A stretch of DNA of 64,000 nucleotides, from the NCBI GenBank assembly GCA_946404865.1, contig CAMJFC010000009.1, forward strand, positions 481 through 64,480, written 5' to 3'. The stretch comes from an uncultured Prevotellaceae bacterium (GTDB lineage Bacteria; Bacteroidota; Bacteroidia; Bacteroidales; Bacteroidaceae). Positions 46,565 through 57,627 of this stretch are shown piece by piece (position 1 is the first letter of the stretch; the number at the start of each line of letters is the position of its first letter). The position numbers were made by a program, and so were the translations under genes. Below the pieces are notes generated by a model. That model was not told where the DNA came from. It worked only from the letters and a program-made list of their open reading frames with translations, and did not search any database.

Positions 46565-48535
46565 TCACCGTAAAATGATTCCTCCCATGGGTTGGATGGT
46601 CACTTTTGCCTTGCCGTTCTTATCCACTTTCAAGGTCCGCAATTCCGACTCGAAAAAGGTTTCTCCCTTGCGCGGCGGGCGGTCGGTGTAGTATTTCACC
46701 GTCTGACCAGCCATCATCGGGAGGTCGAGTGTCAGCGTCATGGGTTGGTCGGTACCGTTAAGACCGCCCACATACCACTGGTCGCCATGACGGCGGGCCA
46801 GCACCACAAAACGGGTGGGATAACCGTCGATGAACCGTGTCTCATCCCACGTGGTGGGCAGTTGTCGCAGGAAGTCGAGCTCATGCTGCGGCAGTTCGGA
46901 CAGGTTGTTGGGTTGCATGGCCACGCAGTTGACACTGGTCTGTAGTACGATGCCTGTCGCCATCTCAAAGGTGTCGGAGGTGTAACGGCGGTGACGGCTC
47001 TTGTTGTCGCGACTCATATAGCGGTTCATGATGACTCCGCCCCAGTCGAACGAACCGAGAGCATTGCGCGAGAAGGGGTGCATGGTGAGTTCAAAACCCT
47101 CTTTCTGCGCATGGTATTCGCTGAACATCACATTCTCGGAAGCCAGGGCGGCCTCGCTCGCCACATAGTTGGGATACATCCGTTCCCATCCGCGCGGGAT
47201 GGTGCATCCGTGGAACACGACCTGCAGACCGTAGCGGTTGGCGTCGAAGAGGATGTCTTCATAGAGTCGCATGGTCTCTTGCTTATCCGACCCGAAGAAA
47301 TCCACTTTGATACCTTTCACACCTATTTTTTTCAGCCACTGCATCTCACGGTCGCGGGCAACGGCAGTATTCATACAGTCGCGCGGTGTCTGCGGCGCAT
47401 CGTTGTAAAAGCCGTTGGAATTATACCACAGCATCAGACTCACACCTTTGGCACGGGCATAATCTGACAGTTGAGCGATGCGCTCACGCCCGATGCGCTC
47501 ATCCCACCAGTTATCCACGAGACAGTACTCGAAACCCATGGCTGCGGCGAGGTCGATGAACTGCACTTGGTCGTCGTAGTTGATAGACTCATCCTGCCAG
47601 ATGAGCCAGCTCCAGGTATAACGCCCTGATTGATAGTCCTGAGAAGGTTCATAGAGCGGGTCCACCAAGTCGTAGGTGACGGTGGTCTCGACAATAGGCG
47701 CGAGGTCTGCCCCCACGGTGATGGTGCGCCAAGGGGTCTCGCAAGGCAGTGGCACGTTGGCAAACGCGCTGCCATAACCGTTGGCCTCACCCTCCATGGG
47801 GAAAGCAATGGTATAGCCGGTGGCGGGGTCGTAGTCGCTCAGGTGCGAGGCACAATACGCACTCGACACTCCCGTCTCGCCCACCAACACCCATCCGTCG
47901 ATGCCCACGCGGAAGAGGCAGGGGAAGGTGTAACCCTCGCCGAAACGCGACTTCACATCCATGGGTGCATCGGCGGTGTAGTCTTCCTCATACGAGGGTT
48001 TGGTACGCTCCCACCCTGTCATCGGATTGATTTGCGGACAAAGGAACGTGGTGGTCTGAGAGGGGAAATTGAAGGATGACGCCTCGCTGCGTATGACGGT
48101 GCATTTGGGGTTGTCGCTCTCCGGGCGGGGGATGTGGTATCGGTAAGCCACATCATGATTGGCCACGAAGAACTCGACAACAAACTCCAGACCATCGCCA
48201 TTGGTGAACTGTGCAGCCAACGTTCGTGCCGAACCCATCGACTGCGAGCATTTCACCCGGTTGTATTCCATGTTCCAGTCGAAGTCACCCTGCTCAGTGC
48301 CTGTCAGCGTAAGGTTGTTGGTGAAATCGCCAAGGTCAGTCTTCAAACCCAGGCGCGAACGCGTGAGCATCTGCTTGCCGTCGAGTGCGACAGAGTATGC
48401 CGCCTGTCCACCTTCAGCATAGAGGGTAAGCACGAGATGCCCGTCGGGCGAAGTCACCTTCACCTCCTCGGCACGACTTGTCAAGGCCGTCAGGCACAAC
48501 AAAAAGAGGATGATTGTACTTTTAACTTTAAACAT
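46565..48535 (-). CDS. Glycoside hydrolase family 97
   Basis: SPDG N-terminus, TPWRTI, GIKVDFF, FHGCTIPRGWERMYPN, LPTTWDET. Confidence 0.93.
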   Translation of the reverse strand: MFKVKSTIILFLLCLTALTSRAEEVKVTSPDGHLVLTLYAEGGQAAYSVALDGKQMLTRSRLGLKTDLGDFTNNLTLTGTEQGDFDWNMEYNRVKCSQSMGSARTLAAQFTNGDGLEFVVEFFVANHDVAYRYHIPRPESDNPKCTVIRSEASSFNFPSQTTTFLCPQINPMTGWERTKPSYEEDYTADAPMDVKSRFGEGYTFPCLFRVGIDGWVLVGETGVSSAYCASHLSDYDPATGYTIAFPMEGEANGYGSAFANVPLPCETPWRTITVGADLAPIVETTVTYDLVDPLYEPSQDYQSGRYTWSWLIWQDESINYDDQVQFIDLAAAMGFEYCLVDNWWDERIGRERIAQLSDYARAKGVSLMLWYNSNGFYNDAPQTPRDCMNTAVARDREMQWLKKIGVKGIKVDFFGSDKQETMRLYEDILFDANRYGLQVVFHGCTIPRGWERMYPNYVASEAALASENVMFSEYHAQKEGFELTMHPFSRNALGSFDWGGVIMNRYMSRDNKSRHRRYTSDTFEMATGIVLQTSVNCVAMQPNNLSELPQHELDFLRQLPTTWDETRFIDGYPTRFVVLARRHGDQWYVGGLNGTDQPMTLTLDLPMMAGQTVKYYTDRPPRKGETFFESELRTLKVDKNGKAKVTIQPMGGIILR

Positions 48536-48552
48536 GGATTGTTGATTTGCAG

Positions 48553-49338
48553 TTACTTCTTCTCGATATCCTTGAAGTATTTGTAAGTGCCCACCTTGAG
48601 TTCATCGGTGGCAGCCTCGTCGCACACGATGATGCCATGCTCGTGCATCTGCAGTGCACTGATGGTCCACATCTGGCATACACCACCCTCGACGGCAGCC
48701 TGCAATGCACGTGCTTTGTGGTGACCATTCACCAGAATCATCACCTCGCGAGCATCCATCACAGTACCCACACCTACAGTGAGCGCGTGCTTGGGCACCT
48801 TGTTGACATCATTGTCGAAGAACCGGCTGTTGGCGATAATGGTGTCGGTGGTAAGTGTCTTGACACGGGTGCGCGAACGGAGCGACGAACCCGGCTCATT
48901 GAATGCGATATGACCATCGGGGCCGATACCTCCGATGAAGAGGTCGATGCCTCCTGCCTCGACTATCATCTCCTCGTAGTGACGGCACTCTGCAGCCAAG
49001 TCAGGCGCATTGCCATTGAGGATATGGATGTTCTCTTTCGGTATGTCGATATGATCAAAGAGGTTGCGTGCCATGAAGGAGTGATAACTCTCGGGATGGT
49101 CTTCAGCGAGGTTGACGTACTCATCCATATTAAAGGTGATGACATTCTTGAACGAGACGCGCCCCTCTTTGTTGGCTTTCACCAGTTCGGCATACATCCC
49201 TTCGGGCGATGAACCTGTAGGAAGACCCAACACAAACGGTTTCTCTGATGTAGGATTGGCGGCATTGATGCGCTCAATTACGTGCTCGGCCGCCCACTTC
49301 GACATGTTTTGATAGTCTTTTTCAATAATCAATCTCAT
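48553..49338 (-). CDS. nagB: Glucosamine-6-phosphate deaminase
   Basis: [32 protein letters not shown]. Confidence 0.97.
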   Translation of the reverse strand: MRLIIEKDYQNMSKWAAEHVIERINAANPTSEKPFVLGLPTGSSPEGMYAELVKANKEGRVSFKNVITFNMDEYVNLAEDHPESYHSFMARNLFDHIDIPKENIHILNGNAPDLAAECRHYEEMIVEAGGIDLFIGGIGPDGHIAFNEPGSSLRSRTRVKTLTTDTIIANSRFFDNDVNKVPKHALTVGVGTVMDAREVMILVNGHHKARALQAAVEGGVCQMWTISALQMHEHGIIVCDEAATDELKVGTYKYFKDIEKK

Positions 49339-49476
49339 AACAATTCTGTTTTGTGTATTTATAATTAGTTCAAGTTCCTGAACGATTTTCCGCTGCAAAA
49401 GTAAATAAAAATCGTGAAATGAAATCTTTCACTTTTATTTTTTTACCCGATGAGCGAAAATTTTTATTTGAAGAAC

Positions 49477-49590
49477 AAAAAAAAACGCCCCGACATCACG
49501 TCGGGACGATTACATTGAATGTTTCAGCAGTTTTGTTCTATGTAGTATATCTTTTGAAAATCGTTTAGATAAGCCTATTTGTTTGTTTTC
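49477..49590 (-). ncRNA. Candidate small RNA upstream of nagB
   Basis: TATCTTTG -7 box (minus, 49597-49604); no ORF; terminator CGTCCCGAC-GTGAT-GTCGGGGCG-T9. Confidence 0.5.
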
Positions 49591-49772
49591 CTGCTGCAAA
49601 GATACAACGAAAATTGATTTAAATCAAGATTACTTTCTTTTTTTTGCTCAAAAAATACGTAAACGTTTGCGAGTTGCTACCGCAAGATAAGAGGGTAAAA
49701 GGACTCAAAAAACTGAAAAAAACAAAAAAAAGATGGTGTTACCAATTATTCTTCGTATTTTTGCTCTCAAAT

Positions 49773-50348
49773 ATGAATACCCCTTCGATTTACCTCAACG
49801 ACCACTTGGAAAGCCTCGACCTTGACACGGCACTACCGCTACTGTCGGAGCAAAGGCGGGAGCAGGTGTTGCGCTACAAGCATGAGTCTGGCCGGAGACA
49901 ATCGGCTGCGGCTTACTTGCTGTTGTGCAAGGGGTTGCGCGAACAGTACGGCATCACCACCCCACCCCGTTTCGGCTACCACGAAGGAGGCAAGCCTTAC
50001 CTGTCAGGGCGACCCGATATCCATTTCAATATGAGTCACTGTCAAGAAGCGGCCATCTGCGCTATCTCTGATGCCCCTGTGGGCGTTGACGTCGAAAGCG
50101 TGCGTCCGCTGAAAGAAGCTGTGGTACGATACACGATGAGTGAAGGTGAAGTAGCACAAATACTCGGCGATGATAACCCTGCACTGGCTTTTACGTGTCT
50201 GTGGACGAAGAAGGAGGCGCTGCTGAAACTCACCGGAACAGGCATCCGTGGCGACATGAAAACCTTGCTGGAGAACCAAGAACAGAGGATTCAGACCATC
50301 GTTTCAGACGACCAGCGGTATGTCTATTCCATTGCTACGAACCCTTGA
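49773..50348 (+). CDS. 4'-phosphopantetheinyl transferase (Sfp-type)
   Basis: GKP, FNMSH, VGVDVE, WTKKEALLK. Confidence 0.92.
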   Translation: MNTPSIYLNDHLESLDLDTALPLLSEQRREQVLRYKHESGRRQSAAAYLLLCKGLREQYGITTPPRFGYHEGGKPYLSGRPDIHFNMSHCQEAAICAISDAPVGVDVESVRPLKEAVVRYTMSEGEVAQILGDDNPALAFTCLWTKKEALLKLTGTGIRGDMKTLLENQEQRIQTIVSDDQRYVYSIATNP

Positions 50349-50471
50349 AGCGTAGAACATTCAATATTTCGTGCTAACATTCAAGTGAACATCACCAATA
50401 TTTTTTACCTAATTATCTTGAAAATACAAAAAATAGTCGTATTTTTGCACTTTCAAAGGCAATAAAACAGA

Positions 50472-51719
50472 ATGAAAGAATTTATCATCTCCGAAGTAAA
50501 AGCCGAGACTGCCATCTTGGTAGGCTTGATTACGAAGGAGCAAGACGAAGAAAAAACCAAGGAATACCTCGATGAATTGGAGTTCCTGGCCGACACGGCT
50601 GGCGCAGTGACTGTGAAACGGTTCACCCAACGTGTGGGCGGCCCGAACATGACCACCTACGTGGGCAAAGGCAAACTGCAAGAGATAAAAGACTATATCA
50701 AGGCGGAGGAAGACGCGGAACGCGAGATTGGCATGGTCATCTTCGACGATGAACTCAGCGCCAAGCAGTTGCGCAATATCGAGGCGGAACTGAAGGTGAA
50801 AATCCTGGACCGCACATCACTCATCCTCGACATCTTTGCCATGCGCGCCCAGACCGCCAACGCCAAGACGCAGGTGGAACTGGCGCAATACCGCTATATG
50901 CTACCCCGTCTGCAACGGTTGTGGACGCACTTGGAACGTCAGGGAGGCGGCTCGGGCTCGGGCGGCGGCAAAGGAAGTGTAGGACTGCGCGGACCGGGTG
51001 AGACGCAGTTGGAGATGGACCGCCGTATCATCCTGCAACGGATGACACTGCTGAAACAACGACTTGTGGAGATAGACAAACAGAAGACCACGCAAAGGAA
51101 GAACCGCGGGCGTCTGATACGTGTGGCTCTTGTGGGCTACACCAACGTGGGCAAATCGACCATCATGAATCTGCTGGCCAAGAGCGAGGTGTTTGCCGAA
51201 GACAAACTCTTCGCCACGCTCGACACGACCGTGCGCAAGGTGGTGGTGGAGAACCTGCCGTTCCTCTTAGCTGATACCGTGGGATTCATCCGTAAGCTGC
51301 CCACCGACCTGGTTGATTCGTTCAAATCAACGCTTGACGAGACACGCGAGGCCGACTTGCTGCTACATGTGGTGGACATCTCACACCCTGACTTCGAGGA
51401 ACAGATACAAGTGGTGGAACAGACGCTGAAAGAACTGGGGTGTGCCGACAAGCCATCAATGATTGTGTTCAACAAGATTGACGCTTATCAATGGACGGAG
51501 AAAGAGCCCGACGACCTGACACCTCCGACAAAAGAGAACATCACACTCGACGAGCTGAAACGCACCTGGATGGCAAAATTGCAAGAAAACTGCCTCTTCA
51601 TCTCTGCACGCGATAAAATCAACATCGACGAGTTCCGCAACGTGCTTTACAAGAAGGTGCGCGAACTGCATGTACAGAAATATCCGTACAACGATTTCCT
51701 GTATGATGTAGAGGAGTAA
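50472..51719 (+). CDS. hflX: GTPase HflX
   Basis: DRTSLILDIFA, RGPGETQLE, GYTNVGKST, DTVGFI. Confidence 0.97.
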   Translation: MKEFIISEVKAETAILVGLITKEQDEEKTKEYLDELEFLADTAGAVTVKRFTQRVGGPNMTTYVGKGKLQEIKDYIKAEEDAEREIGMVIFDDELSAKQLRNIEAELKVKILDRTSLILDIFAMRAQTANAKTQVELAQYRYMLPRLQRLWTHLERQGGGSGSGGGKGSVGLRGPGETQLEMDRRIILQRMTLLKQRLVEIDKQKTTQRKNRGRLIRVALVGYTNVGKSTIMNLLAKSEVFAEDKLFATLDTTVRKVVVENLPFLLADTVGFIRKLPTDLVDSFKSTLDETREADLLLHVVDISHPDFEEQIQVVEQTLKELGCADKPSMIVFNKIDAYQWTEKEPDDLTPPTKENITLDELKRTWMAKLQENCLFISARDKINIDEFRNVLYKKVRELHVQKYPYNDFLYDVEE

Positions 51720-51860
51720 GCCCCCACCCCATCCCTCCCCGTGGGGAGGGAGTAGTTACTAATCAAAATACTGCCCCGTACCTTACTCCATTATAGAGCT
51801 AACCCTATCCTCCCCCTCGGGGGAGTTAGAGGGGGGCTTCCCAAGGAGTTAGAGGGGCTC
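51720..51860. repeat. Inverted pair of CCCTCCC/GGGAGGG REP-like palindromes
   Basis: GCCCCCACCCCATCCCTCCCCGTGGGGAGGGA ... TCCCCCTCGGGGGAGTTAGAGGGGGGC. Confidence 0.7.
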
Positions 51861-51878
51861 CTAAAACATAACAATATT

Positions 51879-53717
51879 ATGGAATACAGATCACTGACCA
51901 TCGAAGAAATCGGCATCCTCGAGAGCCGTGGATGCAAGGCTGAAGACTGGAGCGCCATCAATGTGGCCTACGACTTCTCACCCGACAATATCCGTAACGT
52001 GTCGTTTTACGGCGAAGTGAACCTCGGCGTATTTGAGAAATACCTGGAAGTGAGCCAAGGGTTCCGAAAGCGCACCGGCATCAAAAACGCCACGCTGCGC
52101 AACGTAACCATCGGCGACAACTGTCTGATAGAGAACATCGGCAACTTCATCAACAACTATACCATCGGCGAGGAGTGCTATATCTCGAATGTAAACACCA
52201 TCGAGACCACCGAGGGTGCGACCTTCGGTCAGGGGCACATGATCAGTGTGCTTAACGAGATGGGTGACGGCAATGTGATGCTCTTCGACGGTCTGACCAG
52301 CCAACTGGCGGCGCTGATGGTGAACCACCATAAAGACAAAGAACTGATGCGGGCGCTGAAGTCGCTCATCCGCCAGGAAATAGCGAAGACCGTTCCGGAA
52401 AGGGGTACCATCGGCTTCGGCGTGAAAATCGTTAACACGTCAGAAATCACCAACACCCATATCAGCGACGACTGCGAGATTATCGGCGCGTGCCGCCTGA
52501 GCGACTGCTCCATCAAGAGCATCCCCGAGGCCAGCGTCTATATCGGCTCGGGCGTCATCTGCGAAAATTCTATCATCTTCGACGGCACCAGTATCCTCAA
52601 CAGTGTGAAGTTGGAAAACTGTTTCGTGGGTGAGGCATGCCAGATAACCAACGGTTTCACTGCCGAGAGCAGCATCTTCTTCGCCAACAGCTATATGGCC
52701 AACGGCGAGGCGTGCGCCGCGTTCTGCGGTCCCTTCTCGGCCAGTCACCATAAGAGTTCGCTCCTCATCGGAGGCATGTTCTCATTCTACAATGCCGGCA
52801 GCGCCACCAACTTCAGCAACCACGCCTATAAGATGGGACCCATGCACTACGGCATTCTCGAGCGCGGCACCAAGACGGCCTCGGGCGCCTACTTGCTCAT
52901 GCCCGCCAACATCGGCACCTTCTCGGTGTGCTTCGGCAAACTGATGCACCACCCCGACACCCGCAACCTGCCTTTCTCGTACCTCATCGCCTATGGCGAC
53001 ACGATGTACCTCTCACCCGGCCGCAACCTCACCACGGTGGGTCTGTACCGTGATATCCGCAAATGGCCCAAGCGCGACATGCGACCCAAGAACGGACAGA
53101 AGAGTATCGTCAACTTCGACTGGCTGAGTCCCTTCTCTGTGGGAGAGATTGTGGAGGGAAAGAAAATCCTTGAACGGCTTCGTGAGGCATCGGGCGACAA
53201 TGTGACCACCTACAATTTCCACGAATATGTCATCAATGCCTCATCGCTCAGAAAAGGCATCAAATACTACGACATCGCACTTCGTATCTTCATGGGTGCT
53301 GTGCTGAAACGCCATCAAGTGGAACTGCCCAAGAGCGCCGTAGGCACTGGACGGTGGATAGACCTGTGCGGACTGCTTATGCCCGAGAGCGAGGAGACGC
53401 AGCTCATCGAGGACATCAAGAACGGTGTCATCAAGGACGTCAACCAAATACTCGACCGATTCATCGTCATCAATGCCAATTACCCTGAGTATCGTTGGAC
53501 ATGGGCTTATCGCATGATTCTCGACTACTACGGTCTGGAGACACTAACCGAGAAAGATGCCGCCAACATACACCAAGACTACGTTACCGCCCGCCGCTCG
53601 TGGATTGCTGAGATACGCAAAGACGCCGAGAAGGAATATGCCATGGGCGATGTGGAAGACGAGGTGCTCGAGAACTTCCTGGAGAAACTCGACCACGAAG
53701 TGGATTACGAGGAATAA
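51879..53717 (+). CDS. DUF4954 family protein (hexapeptide-repeat beta-helix)
   Basis: I-G-D-N-C-L-I type hexapeptide repeats; GPFSASHHKSSLLIG, SNHAYKMGP. Confidence 0.85.
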   Translation: MEYRSLTIEEIGILESRGCKAEDWSAINVAYDFSPDNIRNVSFYGEVNLGVFEKYLEVSQGFRKRTGIKNATLRNVTIGDNCLIENIGNFINNYTIGEECYISNVNTIETTEGATFGQGHMISVLNEMGDGNVMLFDGLTSQLAALMVNHHKDKELMRALKSLIRQEIAKTVPERGTIGFGVKIVNTSEITNTHISDDCEIIGACRLSDCSIKSIPEASVYIGSGVICENSIIFDGTSILNSVKLENCFVGEACQITNGFTAESSIFFANSYMANGEACAAFCGPFSASHHKSSLLIGGMFSFYNAGSATNFSNHAYKMGPMHYGILERGTKTASGAYLLMPANIGTFSVCFGKLMHHPDTRNLPFSYLIAYGDTMYLSPGRNLTTVGLYRDIRKWPKRDMRPKNGQKSIVNFDWLSPFSVGEIVEGKKILERLREASGDNVTTYNFHEYVINASSLRKGIKYYDIALRIFMGAVLKRHQVELPKSAVGTGRWIDLCGLLMPESEETQLIEDIKNGVIKDVNQILDRFIVINANYPEYRWTWAYRMILDYYGLETLTEKDAANIHQDYVTARRSWIAEIRKDAEKEYAMGDVEDEVLENFLEKLDHEVDYEE

Positions 53718-53729
53718 AAAAACAAGAAA

Positions 53730-54485
53730 ATGAATAAAATCGTATTCATCACAGGTGCGACAAGTGGCATCGGACTCGCTTGTGCTAAAAAGTTCGCTGC
53801 AAATGGTGACAAACTGATTATCACTGGCCGCAACGAACAACGGCTTGCGGACATCCGACAGGAACTTACTGCGAAAGGCACTGAGGTCATGACGCTGGCC
53901 TTTGACGTGAGAGACCGTGCAAAGGCGGAGAAATGCCTGAATGAACTGCCGGAAGAATGGCAGGCGATTGACGTGCTGGTCAACAACGCCGGACTCGCAC
54001 TCGGACTGGAACCGGAATATGAAGGCAACTTTGACGACTGGGACACAATGATTGACACCAACATCAAAGGACTCTTGACGATGACCAGACTGATTGTGCC
54101 CGGCATGATTGCCCGCAACCGTGGCCATATCATCAATGTGGGTTCTGTGGCTGGCGATGCAGCTTACGCCGGCGGCAATGTGTATTGTGCGACCAAGGCA
54201 GCCGTCAAGGCTATCACCGACGGACTGCGCATCGATGTGGCCAACAGCGCTGTCCGGGTAACCAATCTGAAACCGGGACTGGTGGAAACGAATTTCAGCA
54301 ACATCCGCTTCCATGGCGACAACGACCGCGCAACCAATGTCTATAAGGGCATCAAGCCCCTTACCGGCGACGACATTGCCGACGTGGCGGTCTTTGCGGC
54401 CAATGCCCCTGAGCATGTACAAATAGCCGAGGTACTGATATTGGCCACTCATCAGGCCAGCGGCAGTGTGATTGTCAGAAAGTGA
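53730..54485 (+). CDS. SDR oxidoreductase (YdfG-like)
   Basis: ITGATSGIG, NNAGLALG, YCATK, PEHVQI. Confidence 0.93.
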   Translation: MNKIVFITGATSGIGLACAKKFAANGDKLIITGRNEQRLADIRQELTAKGTEVMTLAFDVRDRAKAEKCLNELPEEWQAIDVLVNNAGLALGLEPEYEGNFDDWDTMIDTNIKGLLTMTRLIVPGMIARNRGHIINVGSVAGDAAYAGGNVYCATKAAVKAITDGLRIDVANSAVRVTNLKPGLVETNFSNIRFHGDNDRATNVYKGIKPLTGDDIADVAVFAANAPEHVQIAEVLILATHQASGSVIVRK

Positions 54486-54574
54486 AAACGCAAACAAAAA
54501 CTACGTTTTTTCTGTCATACTTGCTTTTTAATGATTTTATTTGTTACTTTTGCAGCAATTCAAAAACAGCCATC

Positions 54575-57481
54575 ATGTTGAGAAAAACATTTCTAACTAT
54601 CTGCCTGATGCTCATAGGGATGGGCATGCAGGCTAAAGACTATCCTTACGTGACCGTGCAGGGCGACTTGATGCAGACGCGCATCTACACCCTCGACAAC
54701 GGTTTGAAAGTGTATCTTTCGGTGAACAAAGAGAAGCCTCGCATCCAAGCGCATATCGCCGTGCGCACAGGCAGCCGCAATGACCCTGCCGAAACCACAG
54801 GTCTGGCCCACTACCTGGAGCACCTGATGTTTAAGGGCACACGGCAGTTTGGTGTGACCGACCCTACGGCCGAGGCACCGCTCTTGGACGAGATTGAGGC
54901 ACGCTATGAGGTGTATCGCACACTGACCGACCCTGCCGAGCGCAAACAAGCCTATCATGAGATTGACAGTGTGTCGCAGTTGGCCGCACAATACTTCATC
55001 CCCAACGAATACGACAAACTGATGTCGGCCATCGGTTCACAAGGCACCAACGCTTTCACATCAAATGATGTGACCTGCTATGTGGAGAATATCCCCTCGA
55101 ACGAAGTAGAGAACTGGGCTCGCGTACAGGCTGACCGTTTCCAGAATATGGTCATCCGCGGATTCCACACCGAATTGGAAGCTGTGTATGAGGAGAAAAA
55201 CATCGGCATGGCACAAGACTCACGCAAAGTGTGGGAATCCCTCTCGGCCTTGCTCTTCCCCACCCACCCCTATGGCACACAGACCACCATCGGCACGCAG
55301 GAACATTTAAAGAATCCCTCCATCACCAATATCAAGCGATACTTCAAACGCTATTACGTGCCCAACAACGTGGCCATCTGTATGGCGGGCGACTTCGACC
55401 CCGATGAGATTATTGCCATCATCGACCGCTATTTCGGCAGCTGGCAACGCGACAACTCGCTTTCTATTCCCACCTTCCCAAAGCAAGCTCCCATCACTGC
55501 TGTGCGCGACACCACGGTGTTGGGACTGGAAGCTGAAAACTTGATGATGGCCTGGCGCTTCGGCGAAGGACGCTCGGCGGTCAACGACACGCTCGATGTC
55601 ATTGGCAGCATGCTGGCCAACGGCAAAGCCGGACTCTTCGAGGTGGACCTGGAGCAGACAATGAAGACGCGCAGCGCTTTTGCCGGCAACGAACCCTTGA
55701 TGGACTATAGCGCCTTTATCGTGGGCGGAACACCTAAGGACAACCAGAGTCTGGAAGAACTGCGCGCACTGATTCTCGAAGAACTGGAGAAATTCAAACG
55801 CGGTGAATTCGACGATGACTTGCTGCCCTCGGTCATCAACAACAAGAAGCTCAACTTCTACCGCTCGTTGCAGAACAACCGTTTCCGTGTGTCGGAGATG
55901 GTGGATGCGTTCATCAACGGCGCCGACTGGGCTGATGTGGCAACACGGATAGACCGGCAGTCGAAAATGACAAAAGAGCAACTCACAGAATTCGCACGCC
56001 GGCACTTGCGCGCCGACAATTTTATCTGCGTATATAAGCGCATGGGCAACGACACGACTCAGAAAAAGATTGAGAAACCCGAGATTACGCCTATCCCCAC
56101 CAACCGCGACCTGAGCAGCAATTTTCTTAACGAGGTGAAAAACACCTATGTGAAACCCATCCAACCGCGATTCGTTGACTACAACCGCGACCTGACCGTG
56201 GGTCAAACCTCTAAAGGATTGCCGTTGCTCTATAAACAGAACACGGAAGACGGTTTGTTCCAACTCTCGTTCATGTACGATTTCGGCACCGAAGATGCAC
56301 GGGCATTTGAGTTCGCTCCCAGTTATTTGGAATACGTGGGCACAGACAAGAAGACCGTCACCCAAATCAAACAGGAGTTTTACAAACTCGCCTGCTCCTA
56401 CAGCGTATCCGTGAATGACTACTACACGACCGTCAATCTCTCCGGACTGACCGAGAACATGCCGCAGGCATTGGCATTGCTCGAAGATTTGCTGAAAAAC
56501 GCCAAGGGCGACCGCGACTCGTTCGACAAATACGTCAACTTGGTTTTAAAATCCCGCGCGGATGCCCGTTTGGATCAGGACGAAAACTTCAGCCGGTTGG
56601 CCTCATACGGTCAATACGGTGAATACAACCCCTATCTCAACACGCTGTCTGAGGCGGAGTTGCGTGCTGCCGACCCGCAAACCATCCTCGACCAACTGAA
56701 ACAGCTTGGTGAGTGGGAGCACACAGTGATGTACTACGGCCCGATGACGGAGAAAGAACTGAACAAAGTTCTCGCCAAGACACACAAGACGGCTAAACGA
56801 CTTGTGCCCGCGCCGCAAGGAAAGGAATATACCGAACAACAGACACCGACCGACGAAGTGCTCATCGCCCCCTATGAGGCCAAGAACATCTACATGATAC
56901 AGTACCACAATGAGGGAAAACCACTGTCGAAGGAAGAGTTGCCGCTGCAATCGCTGTTCAACGCCTACTTCGGAGGCGGCATGAATGGCATCGTGTTCCA
57001 AGAGTTGCGCGAGAGCCGCGGTCTGGCCTACAGCGCATCGGCACGCTATAACCGTCCCGAACGCCTGAACCACCCCGAGTCATACTACACCTATATCGTT
57101 TCGCAAAACGATAAAATGCCCGACTGCATCCGCGTGTTCAAATCCATCATCGACACCATCCCTCAGAGTCAGGCTGCCTTCGACATTGCCAAACAGAGTC
57201 TGGAGAAGAGTCTGCAAAGCCAACGCACCACCAAGTTCAACATCCTCTCTTCCTACTATTGGGCGAAGAAGAGAGGTTTGGACCGCTCTGAGGGTGAGAT
57301 GGTCTATGAGGCACTGCCCGGCATCACATTGCAAGACATCGTCGATTTCGAGAAGAAGAACATGACGGGCAAGACCTACCACACCGGCATCCTCGGCGAT
57401 GAGAAGGAACTCGACATGGACTTCCTCCGCTCCATCGGCACGGTCCGTCATATCACCACCGATGAGATATTTGAGAAATAA
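54575..57481 (+). CDS. M16 family (insulinase) zinc peptidase, exported
   Basis: Signal peptide; GLAHYLEHLMFKG, NAFT, ELRESRGLAYS. Confidence 0.93.
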   Translation: MLRKTFLTICLMLIGMGMQAKDYPYVTVQGDLMQTRIYTLDNGLKVYLSVNKEKPRIQAHIAVRTGSRNDPAETTGLAHYLEHLMFKGTRQFGVTDPTAEAPLLDEIEARYEVYRTLTDPAERKQAYHEIDSVSQLAAQYFIPNEYDKLMSAIGSQGTNAFTSNDVTCYVENIPSNEVENWARVQADRFQNMVIRGFHTELEAVYEEKNIGMAQDSRKVWESLSALLFPTHPYGTQTTIGTQEHLKNPSITNIKRYFKRYYVPNNVAICMAGDFDPDEIIAIIDRYFGSWQRDNSLSIPTFPKQAPITAVRDTTVLGLEAENLMMAWRFGEGRSAVNDTLDVIGSMLANGKAGLFEVDLEQTMKTRSAFAGNEPLMDYSAFIVGGTPKDNQSLEELRALILEELEKFKRGEFDDDLLPSVINNKKLNFYRSLQNNRFRVSEMVDAFINGADWADVATRIDRQSKMTKEQLTEFARRHLRADNFICVYKRMGNDTTQKKIEKPEITPIPTNRDLSSNFLNEVKNTYVKPIQPRFVDYNRDLTVGQTSKGLPLLYKQNTEDGLFQLSFMYDFGTEDARAFEFAPSYLEYVGTDKKTVTQIKQEFYKLACSYSVSVNDYYTTVNLSGLTENMPQALALLEDLLKNAKGDRDSFDKYVNLVLKSRADARLDQDENFSRLASYGQYGEYNPYLNTLSEAELRAADPQTILDQLKQLGEWEHTVMYYGPMTEKELNKVLAKTHKTAKRLVPAPQGKEYTEQQTPTDEVLIAPYEAKNIYMIQYHNEGKPLSKEELPLQSLFNAYFGGGMNGIVFQELRESRGLAYSASARYNRPERLNHPESYYTYIVSQNDKMPDCIRVFKSIIDTIPQSQAAFDIAKQSLEKSLQSQRTTKFNILSSYYWAKKRGLDRSEGEMVYEALPGITLQDIVDFEKKNMTGKTYHTGILGDEKELDMDFLRSIGTVRHITTDEIFEK

Positions 57482-57555
57482 AATAAGAGGTATGGGGGTA
57501 GAGGTATGAGGTATGTATGACCGCCAATTCGTCATTCATCATTCTTCATCGCGAA

Positions 57556-57594
57556 GCGACCATTTTTCGGACAGAGTCCTCAACAACTCGTCAA
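57556..57594 (+). repeat. 39-bp dispersed repeat, copy 3
   Basis: GCGACCATTTTTCGGACAGAGTCCTCAACAACTCGTCAA within heptamer tracts (57485-57620). Confidence 0.9.
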
Positions 57595-57627
57595 AATTCA
57601 ACATTCTACATTCAAAATTTTAATATT

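Noticed and set aside
49773-50348. Sfp-type PPTase as a marker of an NRPS/PKS cluster
   Set aside because: No carrier-protein or synthase genes nearby; likely housekeeping ACP activation
53544-56365. Long minus-strand ORFs (317 aa, 352 aa) and similar ones elsewhere
   Set aside because: Shadow ORFs arising from codon bias of well-supported opposite-strand genes
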